Shown: positions 26,101 to 41,400 of the stretch, in pieces
How positions within the stretch are numbered: position 1 is the stretch's first letter
Layout: each line of letters begins with the position of its first letter
NCBI GenBank assembly: GCA_001643675.2
Contig: LSRY02000002.1
Span: forward strand, 1,674,001-1,738,000
Source: Monocercomonoides exilis PA203
Lineage: Eukaryota > Protista > Preaxostyla
Length of the DNA stretch: 64,000 nt
Direction of reading: 5' to 3'
Position numbers and translations under genes: made by a program
Notes under the pieces: model-generated
Databases searched by the model: none
Told to the model about the DNA's origin: nothing
Seen by the model: the letters and a program-made list of their open reading frames with translations, nothing else

Positions 26101-29100
26101 TCGATATTCTTTTTCAGTTTTCTTGGTGAGCATGGAAGGTTTTGCTTTGAGTCCAGTGGAATAACAGATCAAACACTGATATTATTTACCAAATGTTTTC
26201 ATGTTTTGGATGAATTCAAATTCAATACTACAGATGATATTGATGAAGGAGATGGGGGAGATGACGATTATGACGAAGAAAATAAGGGATCCAAGAAGAG
26301 TTATGAAAAAGGAACAAAGAAAAGAAGGAAAATTGATGATGAAGAAGGAGCAGGAGACGATGAAGACGATAAGGATTCAAAAAAAGTGAAAGATCAACTT
26401 GACAAAGAGAAAAAGATGCAATTCAAAGAGCTTCAGAAAAAGGAAGAAACATTTAATCGTAGAGTTTGGGCAACTGTCCACTCATTCATCAAACGGAAAA
26501 AAGTCTATTTGTCGATCAATGAACTGCTTCGGAGGAATCAGAGGCTGCTGCGAGCATTGAACAGCGAGGCACAAGACAGCTCAGACTCAGGAGTCAGGGC
26601 ATCACGAATAAGGAACGAGCATAAGGACTCTCTTCTGAGAATGCAAAAGGATCTGATTGATCTGAAGATGCAAGCTGGATGGCTTGTGAAGAACAACAAA
26701 GACATTGGAAAGGGGTTTTCCAGAGATGGGCTTTTGATGCGAGCGAATACGATGAAGTATCTTTTGGAGGACATTCAGATGCGCAGTGATTGTGCACGTG
26801 CCCTCAACGAAATGTTTGACGGAAGTTCCGAGAGCAAGAAGAGCGATGTGCTCAGTTCTTTGAACCAGCAAGAGCAGGAAGACTTCGACGAAAACGATGT
26901 TGATGGACAGTCGGTTCCATTGCCACGTGATACTCTGATCAGCGATTCTCTTCTTGTTGTCATGGAAAAGCTGTCTCTTTTGAGTGATTTTTTCTTCCAC
27001 GAAAACGGAATGTTTGTTGAGCAATATGGACTTCTGATGGAGTTTAACAGGAGCTTGGTGCAAAAGGGAGCAGATAGAGAAAGAGATATGAAAAGAGAGA
27101 TGGCAAAGCTGAATACAAACAACGCGCAAAATTCAGGAGCATCCAACGAAGATTACAAAAGAAGAGGAAAAAAGAGGGTGTTTGGAATGTCACAGGAGAG
27201 TATAGAAGAGAAGTATGCGATGAAGAAGAGACAAGATGAAGAAGAGAATGATGTTAATGTGGATTTGTATCGATTACTCACAAGAGAAGAGAACAAATAC
27301 ATGCTTGACACAGACATGACAGATCTTATGAATGAAGGCTCAATGAATTCAAATCGTGCTGACAATAAAGGATGGAACGCATCTGAGAAAACAGAAAGCA
27401 ACACTTTTTGGTCAGCGCATTCAACATATGTTCCAACAGCCTCTCCTTCATATTCATTTCAAAAGACTCCATCTCTCTTCGCTTCATCCATTCAACCATC
27501 CTCAGCACCTCATCCGCATTCACAATCATTTCATCCATTTCGCTCAATCTCTTTCATTGCACTTTCACCTTCGATTGCATTCCACTTCTTAAAGACTGCA
27601 CGCTCCATTATCCTCACTTCAGGAACTCTTGCTCCCTTCATTTCCTTTCCTTCTGAATTGTCCACTGTCTTCTCTGACACGTTGCAAGCACCTCATGTTG
27701 TGGACATGCAGAAACAGGTACTTGCTTCTGCCATTCCTCGTCTCCTGCCTCTGAATCCTGCAAATGCTGAATTACAAGCAATGCCTTCTCAGTCATATCC
27801 ATCGAGTGATTATTCACCAAGCGCTTCTTCTTCCTCTTCTTCTTCATATCCATCCTCAATGGGTAGAGAAACAACTGAGCTCTGCTCGACTTCTGCTTGT
27901 TCGCAGAACGAGTCTATGATCGATAGATATGGCGATGCTATTTTATCTATTGCAACGAATGTACCGCATGGCATGCTTGTCTTTTTCTCATCGTACAATC
28001 AGGCACTGACTTACATGCTGCGCTGGCACCGCACAAAGCTTCTTCAGAAGATATGTGATGTCAAAAGAGTGTTTGTTGAGTCGAAAGAGATGGGCGAAAT
28101 AGCAATTGGCAAAGTAAGGTCTTCTAACAGTAAAGTCGACGATGATGAATTTGCTTCACTCACTTCCAGACTGAAAGGAGGTTCAAAGGCAAAGTTGACT
28201 GCAAGAGAAAGAGGGAAGCTGTTTGGCTTGAGCCAGAAACAGAAATGGATAGAAAGAAAGGAGCAAGAGAAGAGGGCACGTTCTATGAAGTATGGACAAC
28301 CTAACGCGACAGAACAGAATTTTTCATCTCTTTTTGGTAGGACAAAAAGAACCGGATCTTTCAGCGATGATCTAACAGAATCAAGTAAATCACTTGACTC
28401 AGAAGATGCATTTGAAAGCAAATTGTTCGGGGACGATGAAGATGAAGAGGACAAAGATGATGATTTTGAAAATGACGATGACACAAGGAATGATGAAGAA
28501 AGCACATTTTTGACGGTGATGATGGAAAACTACAGACACGCTATTCAAATCAGTCTTCATGAAGAAAGGAAAAGAGAACAAAAACTGAATGCATCTTCAG
28601 ATGCAGCACTGTCAAGAAGTTCATCATTGAGTTTCAACTCAAACTCTGACAATTTGGATGATGAAGAGTCAATCATTTCCAAAACCAGGCTGCTTGAGGA
28701 TGGAGATGAAGATACCAGCCTTCAAAACAGTTTGGACTATACAAGCAATAACGAAGACAATGATAGCAGTAAAGGCGAAAGAAGAAATTCTTTGACAAGG
28801 CGAACTTCGAGCTTTGGCGATAGTCGTTCTCGTTCAAAGAAAGCTATGCAATCCAGATCCCCTGATCCTAATCAATGGATCGTGCTTGATAAGAAATACT
28901 CATCTTATTCGCATTCTTCCTTCTTTTCAAGCTACTCTCTGTCAAATCTTATCCCACTTGAAGGGAAAGGGAATGCAGCTGGTGGAGCACTGTTGTTTGC
29001 CATCTGCCGAGGTCGCATAAGCGAAGGGATCAATTTTCAAGACGCTTTGTGTCGTTGTGTGGTGCTGATGGGTGTTCCTTATCCAGCAAAGAACGCACCA

Positions 29101-32100
29101 GAAGTTGTTCTGAAGAAGGAATACAACCAGATGGTTCTTGAGAAAACAAAGAAAGCTCTATCATCTTCAATGAAAGAAAGCAAGCCTTTTGGGATGTCAG
29201 TTTCAGCATCGCCACCAAAGCCTCAGATGATGCTGCCTCTATCAGGCAATGAATGGTACAATCTTCAAGCACTCAGGGCGTCTAACCAGGCACTTGGACG
29301 AGTGATCCGCCACAGAGCTGATTATGGTGCGATGATTATGCTGGACAGCAGATATGCCCGACCGACTGTTGCTTCGCATTCTCCGCCTTTCCAAAGATAT
29401 TCCTCTTCTGGTTCAAAAAGCGCGTTTGAATTCAGGTTGGAGAGCCAGAGTCAGATCAGAGGAGGTCTATCAAAGTGGTTCTTGCCTTACATAACAGATT
29501 TGGGCAGTGTGGAAGAGTTGTGCAACATTCTCCCTGGATTTTATCAGCAAGCCAGAACACATTCAGAAAAGATCAGAAAAGAAATGGCAATGGAAATAAG
29601 AAGGATGAAGCAGCAGGCATTTGAAAAAAGAAAAGAGGAAATGAACGATGAAGAGAAAGCCATGAAACAGACTGGCATGGAATATAGGAAAGAAAATGAG
29701 TTTTCAATTCCAAAAAGAAATGAGAGTCAAATTATGAGGCAACCAATGCCAACGATGCATAACATCAATGATAGCACTTCTGCTGGAAGAACTGCAGAAG
29801 AGTCAAAAGAGAGGCGTCCATCATCTTACTCGCTTTTGGAGCAATTTCGAATGAGGAAAGTGAAAATAAAAGCGGACGAAGCTGCGAAAGAACTTGACGC
29901 AACTCAGCCTCAGAAAAGTGGAGTTGAACAACAGCAAGTTGAAGATGCTGGAACCGAAGAGAACGAAGATGGAGCAAGAATAAAAGATGAAATTATGAGT
30001 AAAATTATTGAAGAAGACAAATCAAATGGAATTGTTGGAAACAACGCAATGATAAGTGATTATGATGATGATAACTTGGACAACAAGATGGTTGACGATG
30101 CTTTAGGCTTGCTAGAAAATAAAGAAGAAGAAAAAGAGATAAGCTTTGAAGACATTACCAGAACGTTAAGCAGCGAAAATTTGGAAGTTTTGAGTCGCCT
30201 TTCATTCAACTCGCCATCAGGAACGCAGCCAGTGACTGATATTACTTCTCCAATTAAATCCACACAAAAAGTGTCACTTGCCAGCCAAATGCATTCTTCA
30301 TTCACTCGCGCTTCATCTCTTCTTTCTTTATCTTCCAATAAACGAAAGCTTAGTCAACTTTCTTCCCCACTGAAGCAGGAACTTCAAGCTGTTTCGGATG
30401 AAAATGCCTCTGATGAAGCGATTGTTAAAACGGAATTATCTCCACTTTCTGAGTATTCTTCTTCAACAAACTTGCCAGACGAAAATCATGAAGCACAGAC
30501 ACCTCAATTTCCAGATGCATCTGTTTCTTCCTCAGAATCCACCATTGATGAAGCGTCTTCATCATCTTCGTCTTCGTCATCTCCAACATCTCCATCGTTT
30601 TCACCTTTGCATACATATGACTACTATTTGCCTCCTCCGTTGTCTCCATCAACAGTTCTTCCTTTGCCAGCCATCCAAACAAAATTTGCTGGGACAATAA
30701 ATGCACTTGAGCAGTATATCCGCTATGAGATGTTTCGAAGAGCGAAAAAATTGGAAGAGAGAGAAAGAGACACAGAAACAGAAAAGGAGAAGATTACTGA
30801 CATGCTAACACAAAAACAATTGCGATATAAAGAAATTCAGAATCTGTTAGAATGCGAAAGAGAAAAAGTGAAGAGAAGAAAGGAGAAAGAAGAAGAAAGA
30901 AAGAAGAGAGCGGAAGAAGAAAGCAAAGAAAGAGAGAGAAAAGAAGCAGAAATGTTAGAGATGGCAAAGCAGAGGCAACTGGAGAAAGAAGAAAGATTTG
31001 CCAAAATGAGAAATGCAAAATACCTCAAAAACTTTTCAAGGCGATCAGTTGGAGGACTGGAAATCTTGCTTCCTCCTTCACAAATGGCACAAATGGGATC
31101 TGCTTCTTCGGCTTCTCCAAATTCGATGCTGACACAAGGACGCTCTCCAACTGCAGAACCAACTTTCAGGTTGCATACTCCATCACCTGTTAAACCACAT
31201 GTTGTGTTTCCTTCAGCTGATCATAGCAGTGAAAAAAGAACTGTTGATTCAGAATTTGACATGTCTCATCCTTCTGACACAACAGGAACATTCGAAGGAT
31301 CACCCGAACATGGTTTGATGGATGTTAAATTCGATATTGGTTCAATTCAAACACAGAACAATGGTTTCTTTGCAACTAATTTGAATTCAAATGCATCTGC
31401 CCAAAACATAGACACATCGTCGATTACATCCAATTCAGAACAGCGCGCATCAATCCAATCCGACGGAGTAGCAGAACAAACAAGCAAGCCAAACAAGATG
31501 AATCGACTTCTTGCTCTCAAAAAGGAGCAAGCGATGAAGCGTAAGCAGCAGGCTGAGCGTAGTCAGTCAGAGATTACTTCACCAACACAGTCTTTGTCAA
31601 CACCGAAGCATCTGACAATATCTCCTTCTTCATCTATTTCTAATACACGCCCAAGATTCAGGCTGATGCAAGCTATTCAGCAGTTTGAAGACAATGAGCA
31701 GAAGAAGATGGACGAAGGAAAGAGTGAAAAGGAAAAACGATTGGAGCAATGGAAACAGAGTCAGATAGAAAAAAGCAGAGCAGGATTTAGAGGTTGCATC
31801 AACAGTGCAGACTGTGAATTTGATGATGGAGGAAAATTCCCTTCTTATCCAACTGAAGAAAACAAAGCTTTCTCGAAAACTCTTTCGAGAAAAAGTGATG
31901 GTGTAGTTAGTGGAGCATTTGAAGAAGGCGAAGATCCCACAGAAACTGAAGAGGCAGATCTTCGCTCTTCACAAAGAGGAAGAAGGCGCATAGCAAAATG
32001 CTATTCTGATCCAGTGTTTGATCCTTCATCGCCACTTTTGTCACAAGAGGCAACAACTTCTGCGTTTTCTCAAGTTCTTCCAAGTGCATCATCATCAGCT

Positions 32101-35046
32101 TCAGTAAAAGATATGCTCGAGCAATTCCGAATGAAGAAAAATGACTTTATTGATGTGGAAGTGCAATCTTTTGGTTCAAAGTCTCCTTCTCCAAGAATTT
32201 CATCTCCAATAAACAGATCTTTAATGCCTTTTTCTCAGCGTTCTGGTCGATCGTCTCAATCGCCTTCGCCTGTTAGAGCATCAATTGAAAAAGGAAGTTT
32301 ATCTCCATCGATTGCAATACCCTCAGCAATACTTTCTCCTTCCTTCGATATTCGACCATCACAATCGCACAATCCTCCGTTGCCTCCTTCATTTTCATCT
32401 CAATCGTATCCAGCAAGCACAACTCCATTTTCCCAGCCTGATGCATCTTCAGCTAAAAATAATGAATCCGGCTATAATGCTTCTTCTTCTACTACTTCTT
32501 CTTCTGCAGCTCCATCTTCTTCATCATTGCACCCATTGTCTCCACTTTCGTCTCCACATATTTTGCAGACCCCACCTTTGCCTGTTGACAATCCATTTTC
32601 TCCAAGAACAGAGCAATGGAGAGAGAAAGTTATGAAGTCGATTCCATCCCTCACATCGGATTTGTCTACCATTCCATTGAAAACACCATCTTTGGATTCA
32701 ATCAACGATTCTGTCGTTGGAAAACAAACATTTACTATTCATGATGATTATGATGTTGGGGCCAAGAAGAGAATAGCAAGTGAAATGGCTGTGTCTGTTG
32801 AAGACAACGAAGAGGCTTTTGTTGATGAAATGATTGCACTTGAAGAAAGCTTAGTGGAGGAGGACAAACTTGAAAAGGAGTTGGAGTATGAAATTGAAAC
32901 ATATGAGAAGAGCACATTGGAAAATGAAAACAATAAAAAGATGGATATATGTGAAAATAACGATGCTTCAAAAACTGGAAATCCAGGAAATAGCACTGAA
33001 CAGAATGTTCCAGATGAAAGTGATGAAATGATAGAAGAAATGATACATGAAGACGAGGAAGAAAGATTGGAAATCCTCAAAAAGGAGAATGAATATCCCG
33101 AAGAGCAGCAGGAAATAATGAAGAATAAGGAAAAAGAACAAAAAGCGGATGATGAGAAATCTAAAGATGTGAGTGAATTTAATTGGGAGGGAAATATGCA
33201 ACTTGATGATAAAGAGAAAGAACTTGTTAACAAACTAATGATAGTGATGAAACAAAAAGGAGTTAAAGTGAGCTTTTCAAATGCCGAAGACGCGCAAAGT
33301 TGTAATGATACTTCTTCGTCTTCTGAGCATGGCTTTCCATTAAACAATGAAGAGCAACAAAATTTTGACAGCAGTTTTGCTCCAGTCAAAATATTGGATT
33401 CTCAGTTGATGAATGATTCAAAAACGTCATCTGCTCAAAACAATATCAAGCAATTTCAAGCACAATTCGGTTTAGGTTCTCATAATTATCAATCATCCAT
33501 TCAAAATACAGGGAGATCCTCGACTTTTCTTTACCAACAGCATTCTCATCAAAAGGAATCCAAATCTGAGTTTGATTCATCTTCAGAAGATGACAGTGAC
33601 AAGGTGATACCAATGCATTGCCTTGTTGCATGCAAGCATTGTCATAACTGCTTTGTGATGCTTGTTGAAAGTGATTGCGATTTAGATTCAAAACTTCAGA
33701 ACTATCAAAAGCAGAATTCCAAATCCGGATCTGATTCGTTCTTGCTTCCTTTGTGGTATCTTCTGCCTCCTCCTCCGTCAGGCCTGATTCAGCCAGCACC
33801 AATAAAGCAGTTACCTCAGCCATTAGCTTATCGTCTATCTGATTTGTTGGCTTCGTCTATATCTTATCAAGATTCCAACCAGGAAGATAACTTGCCATTT
33901 TCAACAGAAAATAACACCTCAAATGTTCTGCAAACTTCACAAAATGCAACAGTTTCTGATTCAAGTGAATCTGATGTCAAAAAAATGCCTCGTTGTTCAT
34001 TTGTTCGTGATTTTGTGGATTTGAGACCTTCTGTTGTTCATCAGACATCTCAATACGTACAACTTCGTCATCTTCTTTCCATAACGTCATCAGTGCCAGT
34101 ATCTGCTGCTCCTAAAGCTGATTCATTTCAGCCGTTTCATCTTTTGCAAATGTTTCCTTCTGAACATATTCTTCGGCAAAATCAACAAAATGATGAACAA
34201 GAAGATATATCTCTGACTTCAACTTCAACTTCAGTTGAAATCCAGCCATTGGATTCTCTTTCTCTTTCTCCTTCGCTTTCTTCAGTCTCTTCTTTATCGT
34301 TTCAACAGCTTTCAATGGCTCCATCAATTCCTGTGAAATCCAAAGAACCACAACTGTTGGCTCATCCTACTCAACCAGCTTGTCAACAGCATTCACTTTC
34401 CAAGCATCATTCTTGTACTGTCTCTTCTTTGTCATCGTATCCTTCGTCTTGTTTGGATTCTCTTCCATATTCTCTTTTGACCCAAACTTCAGCAGCTGTC
34501 TTAGCAATTATCCATCGAGGATCGTTAATTGGAATTGACGAAAGATTTCCACATTGCATCACATTGCTTGAAAAAGCACAATTGATAAATGAAGAGCTGT
34601 CTTCAAATTCTATCCAAAATGTTATTGATGAATCAAATGAACTTGGAAAGAAAATTCAAATGAAGCGCATGACAGAAGAAAAGCAAGCAGAACTTAAATC
34701 GCAATTATTGTCATTGCAAACGAAGCTCAAAGAACTTTTAAATCCTCAGCAGTCAATGCATCATCCTTTGCCTCATTCTTTCACTGGAAAAGCAGCATTG
34801 TCAAATGCCTTTTGGAGTGCTCCAGATGGAAAGCTTTTCGCTTCAATCTACTGTGCGTCCTGCCAATCAGTTGTGGGAGTACAGCAGATTGCATTCGGAG
34901 CTAGCTCCTTTTCAACTTCCGGAACAATGAATTTACAAGATATTTCTCTCGGTACTGTTCACTTTTTTGCTGAAAAATGTTTGATTTCAAATAAAGTGGG
35001 ATTAACAAGAGTCTGTCCTCGTATCGAAAATAACATTACATCGTGA
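23191..35046 (+). CDS. FANCJ: XPD/Rad3-family Fe-S DEAH DNA helicase, FANCJ/BRIP1-like, with large insertions
   Basis: FPCKPYLPQ Q-motif, ESPTGTGKTLALLC, RTHMQ, Fe-S cysteines (LASRKQLC...ECTKLC...GCGY...ACPYF), PYNYIID, FDEAHNIE, ILTSGTL, GMLVFFSSY, RGRISEGINF, GVPYP, NQALGRVIRHRADYG. Multi-exon. Confidence 0.9.
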
Positions 35047-35432
35047 AATAATTATTATTAAACACTCAAGCTGCATCATTAGAATTATTTACCAATTGGC
35101 TTGTTTTTATGTAATATTTTGTGTTTTATTTTATTGCTGTTTTTTATTTTGTGGTTTATGAACCAGAACACACAGCATGTGCATAATATATTCTTTTTTT
35201 AATTAAAAAAAGTCAATTATTTTTAAGTTTCAATAACTAATTTTACGATTTTTTTTTGTGGATGATTGAATTACAAATAATTTTATTTTCAATTTCATTG
35301 TCATATTTCAACAGAAATGCAAAATTCAAACGAAAACGTATTTGAAAAAGTAGTTTCAATAAATATTCACCACAATTTAATGTTGTTTGCAAAAAAATAA
35401 TTATTCGCCCATCATTTATCATTCTCTAAAAC

Positions 35433-38400
35433 ATGGGACCTGGCTCTTCAAAGCAGGTCGCTGAGATATTGCAAGAGACTCCATTTTCACTTCCCGCAAC
35501 TCCTATTCAAGGTGTAGAAGTGAGTTTACCCGATAAATTCAACCAGAAAGAATTTTTTAAACATGTTTTTATCGTTTGGAGTATTCGGCATCCTTCTTCT
35601 AATTGGACGAGAGTTTCGCAAGGATGGTACGATACATTTTTATTACTAACTTATTTTATTTTTTGAAAGCTATTATATTCCCACAAGAGGTGATATTGGA
35701 GCAAAATTGCGAGTGGAAGTGTTCCGTCAAGAATATTATCCTCAAAGTACAAAGGTTTCTACGATTGATCCATCAGACAGAACTACAGAAATAGTGGATT
35801 TGGATTCAAGAAATTCAAAAATAAGAAGTCGTTTATCTTCGGTACATATTGATGATTTTGATCGGATTTTGCTTTCGTCACAAGTTTGTTTTTAATAGTA
35901 AAATTTTTACTGATTTTATAATTATCGTTATAACATGATTGCAATTTCAGGCTTCTGCGCCTCCATCACAGTTCTTTGAGATGAATTGCGCTGAATATTT
36001 TGGAAGTGGTCTGATAGAATACAAAAAATTGACATCACAAGATCTTGAAAAAACAATTCCAGATTTTCAAGCCCCACCTACAGCAGCAAAGCCAATTAGA
36101 GAAGAAATAGAAGGAGCAGAGCCAGGGATCACTGATTTTTGGGAAACTTCTGTCAGACCAGATTTGTATTGTTACACAAAACATACGGATCTTCTATTTA
36201 CGTCTGAGTCTCGAAATCCTGTAATGTCTTTGGACGAAGCATGGATGGGACCGTTATTTCCTGGACTTGCACCATTGCTTCCATTACCTTCAGCCGCAGT
36301 TACTTCTCCATTGTCTACTATTTCTTCTCTTTTCACAGATGACGAGACATTCGAATTAGATCCAAACTACTACATTGCTAGCGAAGATCACTTGACAGTG
36401 ATGAGCTGGCATGTTTCACCACCAGTTGCATACACAAATAATCCTTCTTCGTCGCTCAGCGGTCTGTTCTTGTCTCCTCCCTGGAAGCTGCGGTGTGCGC
36501 AGATTGCCTCAATCATCCTGTCTAGGTCACCAGACATCGTGTGCCTGCAAGAGGTTCCTACAGAAGGCTTTGGGCAGCTGGCACGCGCTTTGTTCACAGT
36601 CTACAATGGCACAATGCTGACAGTTGTGCCACCACAGCACGATAGCCCGCAGCAGACTGCTGATAAAAGAAACGAGAAGCAGGAAGTTCAAACGGAGCAG
36701 CCAGTATCCAGAATGCGCGGCTCAACAGCACAGGGATATATGCCTCTTCCATCAACGCCTCCATCTTCTTTTGGTGCAGCCAACTTCACTTCGACCTCAA
36801 CTTCGATTTTTCCTCCTTCAAATACACAGAATTCATTGTCATCGCCTGTAAATGACACGTCACTTCATCCACACAACCCCTCTCTATCTCAAACAAACAG
36901 TACCAATTCGAAGTATCCGCCTGGCTATTCGCTTAACCACTACGCCGACTGCTGCAACTGCATCTTCTACAAGCGCTCAAAGCTGGCCTCGCACGGACGT
37001 CCAATTCCGCTCGACATGTTCGAAAAAACGCTTGCCCAGTCATACATCCCACCAGCTGTGCCTCGCCCTTCAGCCTCAGCCACATCCGCGCAAGCACAGC
37101 GCTCTCAATCGCCTTTGGGGCCTTCTCCTTCTCGTTCCAGCTCCAGCTCTCGATCTCGTTCACGCTCACGCTCTCCTCCTTCTTCTCCTGTGTCTGCACT
37201 TCCAGCCAGAAGCTCCACTCCTTCATCTCCTGATCCTTCCTCTCCTTATGCTGTCACTGATTCTACCAAACTGCTTCAGTCTACACCATCACCCAGCAAG
37301 CGTTCTTCATCTCCATTCAATTCACCTCCTGTCTCCCTGGCGCCCACACTCAGGAAAGACGGCTTCATGTCTCTTGCATCCACGTCACTATCAGATCTCA
37401 CTCCAATCAACACTGATGCTTCCTCTTCTTCTCTCATCTCAGTCGAACGTTCAATCACTCCAACATCCCTCGTCTCCTCTTCCACTCTTTTGTCTCCTGT
37501 CCTTCGCACTCCATCGCCTTCACAAAATGCTTCAGGTGTTCAGTCTATTTCAATGATATCGACACCTTCTTCAAATTCTCCTTCTGGACTGTCTCCAAAC
37601 ACTTCAGCGAGCACAGGCACAGGCACAAGTATTGTGCAAAGCAGCAATAAAGACTCATCTGAGCCGACGATGCCTCAAATGGAGCTGCTGGCGATGAACA
37701 TGGACATTGCATCGTCCTCTGCACGGATTGGGCTGACTGAAATGCGATCGCTGGGGATGTTCATTGGTTTTGTGGATGAAGTGAGCGAGATGCAGACTCC
37801 TCCACTGCTGAGCTACGAGGACGAGCTAACAGGTTCGTATGCACTGGAGGACTACATGAGCAGGGAGAGGAGGAGGATCAATGCCAGAAACAACCGCAGA
37901 AAGAAGCTGGCGAGGAGAGAGGAGCTGGACAGGGCTGTACAGGAAGAGGAGAGGAGGATCAGAGAAAGAGAGATGGCAAGAGAGCGTGAGAGGCAGAAAG
38001 TGAGGGAAGATCAGGAAGCAGACGATGAGGATACAGATCATGACATTGTGGATCCAATGCCACTGTTGGGGATGGACGATGACTCTTCAAGCGAAGAGAA
38101 AGGAATCAGAAGGAAGCGCCGGAAGATGAAGAATGACGATGAATCTACATCAGGGAGGGCTATTTTGGATGAGATCACGGATGACGAGAATATGGATACA
38201 GATGAACAGACAGGCACCCAACAGCGCAATAGAGAGATGGGAGACATGAACTCACATGCAGATGCGATGGAGCGCCTGGGTGCAGGTGGAGATGAGATGA
38301 TGGCACGAGTAGGAGAGCATCCAGAGCCTGCCCCTTTAAACAGGCCCACAGGTCTTGTTCCATACGGGCCTGGTGCGCTTACGTCGAGCAAGACTTTCCT

Positions 38401-41400
38401 CGGAACAACAGACCGGTCAGAATTCGAGTCATCGCGCTCCACCACGACTGTGTCTGTGTTTGCGGGTGTGCTGGGAAATGTGCGGGGAACATCTTCACGT
38501 TTGTCACTCTGTAAATATCTGAAGCCTCGCCCAGTCACCATCATGATGCTCCCTACTCATTCTCTTAGACCACGTCTGGCTGGTGCGCTGATCACCCCAC
38601 ACTACTACAACGTGGCACAGGTGTATGCGTCTATCTCCTCCATGCGGCACCACTACGTCCGCACCATCCGCCGCCCGCTTCCTCACTCAGTTGCAAAGAC
38701 AGACAGCACAGGAACTGCCATCCGCCCCCGCTTTGCTCGTCCTTCGCAGACGATTGTCTTTGTGACGTCGGTGCTTCTCTTCGGAAATGCGACGTTTGGC
38801 GAAGACCTCCGCTTTGCGCAGATAGTCAATCTGACGCGCTCTGTCTACTTTCTGATGCACAGACAGTACTCGTCCACTCTTTCTGCTGCTGAAGATGCCA
38901 GCCTCTTTCTGCGGGGTGTTCCATTTACTGTTCCGTCTCTGTTGCCTCAGGACGCGTCATCGATGGTGTCGTCGCGGTCGGTGTCGTTGATGCATCCGTT
39001 TGGGAAGGACAATCGCATTCCAATCATCGTCTGTGGTGACTTCTCTGCTGCCACCCTCAACACCCCCACAGTGCGGGTAATGATGCGCGGGGCTGAGACG
39101 TCTTCTCATCCGTCCATTCGTTTCTCACCTGTCCTGCGCTGCTTGGTGTCCCTCCCGTCATTCAGAAACAACCCGCTGGAGATGAGAGAAACGCAATTCC
39201 GCTTTGGTAGGATGTCGCGATTGAGGAAAGAGGTCGAAAGAGAGCTGGACAAAATGTGGGAGGCAGAGAAGGAGAGAGAAAATGTATATGAGGAAGAGCG
39301 GATGAGGGAGATCGACAGAAGAAGGATGATCTTTAGGGAGTATGACAGGATCAAAGACAGAAAGATAATGCATCAGTACTTCAGAGAAAAGAAGAGAGCA
39401 AGGATGAAGGAGATAGAGATAGAACTGGGCAGAGAGCTGATGACAAAGGAAGAGAGAGACAAGCCATACAAATTGTATCGACCAGAGTTAGAGAAGAAGA
39501 TAGACTTCAACCTGCAGACAGCATCGCCTGAGAAGCTGAAAATACTCATGAGGCAGCGCCCGTCGTATCTTCCATTCAAAACATCACCGATTCCTGTATT
39601 CCCTGAGCTGGAGAGTGTACGTGTCCCTCCGCTGCCCTTGTACCCAACAGCCATGCACCCAGACTCAAGATTCGCACAGTCCTCTTCTTCAAATAGCTCT
39701 TCCAACACCACAATTGTTGTGGCTGATGATCCAGAATGTCCTGCAGATGCAGCAGATGTGGCAGATGCCTCTGCAGAAGCACATCTTCTGCCTCTCTCCG
39801 AGCGCGTTTCTCGGCAGCACAACAACTGGGACCAGTTTGGCGTTGCAGAAGATCTCCAGGCAGACCTGCTGCCTTGGGAAGCATCCCAAATGCATACAAG
39901 GTTCCCTTCTATTCCTGTTCGTATTCGCGACCCGGCACTCAATCCAATATTTGACCCACATGCGAACTATGAAGATTACTATCATTATGATGATGATGAG
40001 AACAGCAACTCTTCGTCAGACAGAAACGGAAGCAGCGACGACACAGAGAGAGACGCCAAATCCAGCAAAGGAAGTCGAAACAAGCGCAGGAGAAACGGAA
40101 AGAATGTGAAGGACTCGAAAAGAGCGAAACACAAGAAGGAAAAGAAAGAGCCCATTAACGAACTGGATGTGTTCACTGGTCGTGCGAAGGTCAATCGCAC
40201 CATTCCAATTCTGCGTCCGCGCCGGCCTCTGCCGCTTCCACCAGACACGCTTGGGCACTGGTTCCCTCAGCCGCAGATCAACCCGAACACGTGCAAGCTA
40301 CGCCTCCACAGCATCACACCGCTGGCAGAAGAGGTTGGTGAAGGTGCAGCACACGAGGCACGCATTGACTCCTGGAAGGGTCTGCCACCTTACTTCAGAA
40401 AGACACCTCATTCTGCTCTAAGGCTGTATTCACACGAGTTTGAGGAGCTACTGCCGTGGATTATGGAGGAAGAGGTGGAGGAGCAGAGATGCAGAGCGAG
40501 TGCGGCAGAAGGCAGAGGCTTTGGGTCTGAGAATAAGTTTCAAAGAGCATCTGGAAGAAGTAACAGCACACCTTCACGCTACAGTCACGCCATTGGGAGG
40601 AGAGGCTTTGGCCAAATGAACACCAGCGGAGGAGAAGGTCAGCACATTGCGATTGACATGGGGAATGGGCTGACATTTCATCAGATGGCAACTTATCTCC
40701 GTCCTCGTGCGCTGAATGATCTCGACGACAATCCACTCGCACTGGCAACCAGACAGCCGCAGGGAATGGCTGGACTGCAGAAGAGAAGCATGACAAACTT
40801 TTCTCAGTCAACTTCCACAAACTTTGATGCGTATTATGGGCTGAGTGAAGACTCGTCGCTGTCATCCTATTCGCTGGTGGGACTGCTGACAACGCATTCT
40901 TCACACAACAGAAAGGACGATACAAACTCACTCTCCACCCGCAGCAGCACTTCTGACACTTCTTTCTTCAAAGAGCAAGCCCAATTCTCTCCATCCAACT
41001 CTTCTTTGCACTCGCTGAAGAAGTCTTCCCCACTTGCCATGTCGTCCCAGTGCAGCCCGCTTGCTGCTCCAAAAATCATGTCGAAAGGAGCAGGCTCCAT
41101 TTCTGCCCAGCTTTCTGCGCTATCTGCACATCCAGATCATGTTCATCATCCCTCCTTGCCGTTCGGCAGTGAAGTCATTCTGTTTCGGATACCCATTCGC
41201 TTCATCGACGCCTGGTCGCATGTCACTAAGGCACCACCTGCACACACGATGTACTTGAAGGACGGCGAGCGAACTATTTCTGCGCCTTCTGATTATGTGT
41301 TCACCACGAATCACCTCCACCCAATTCTGGTGAAGCTTCCTCGGCTGGAGAACGAAACAGAGGCCGACCGAGATGACTGGGAGCGGATACGTGGGGCGTC

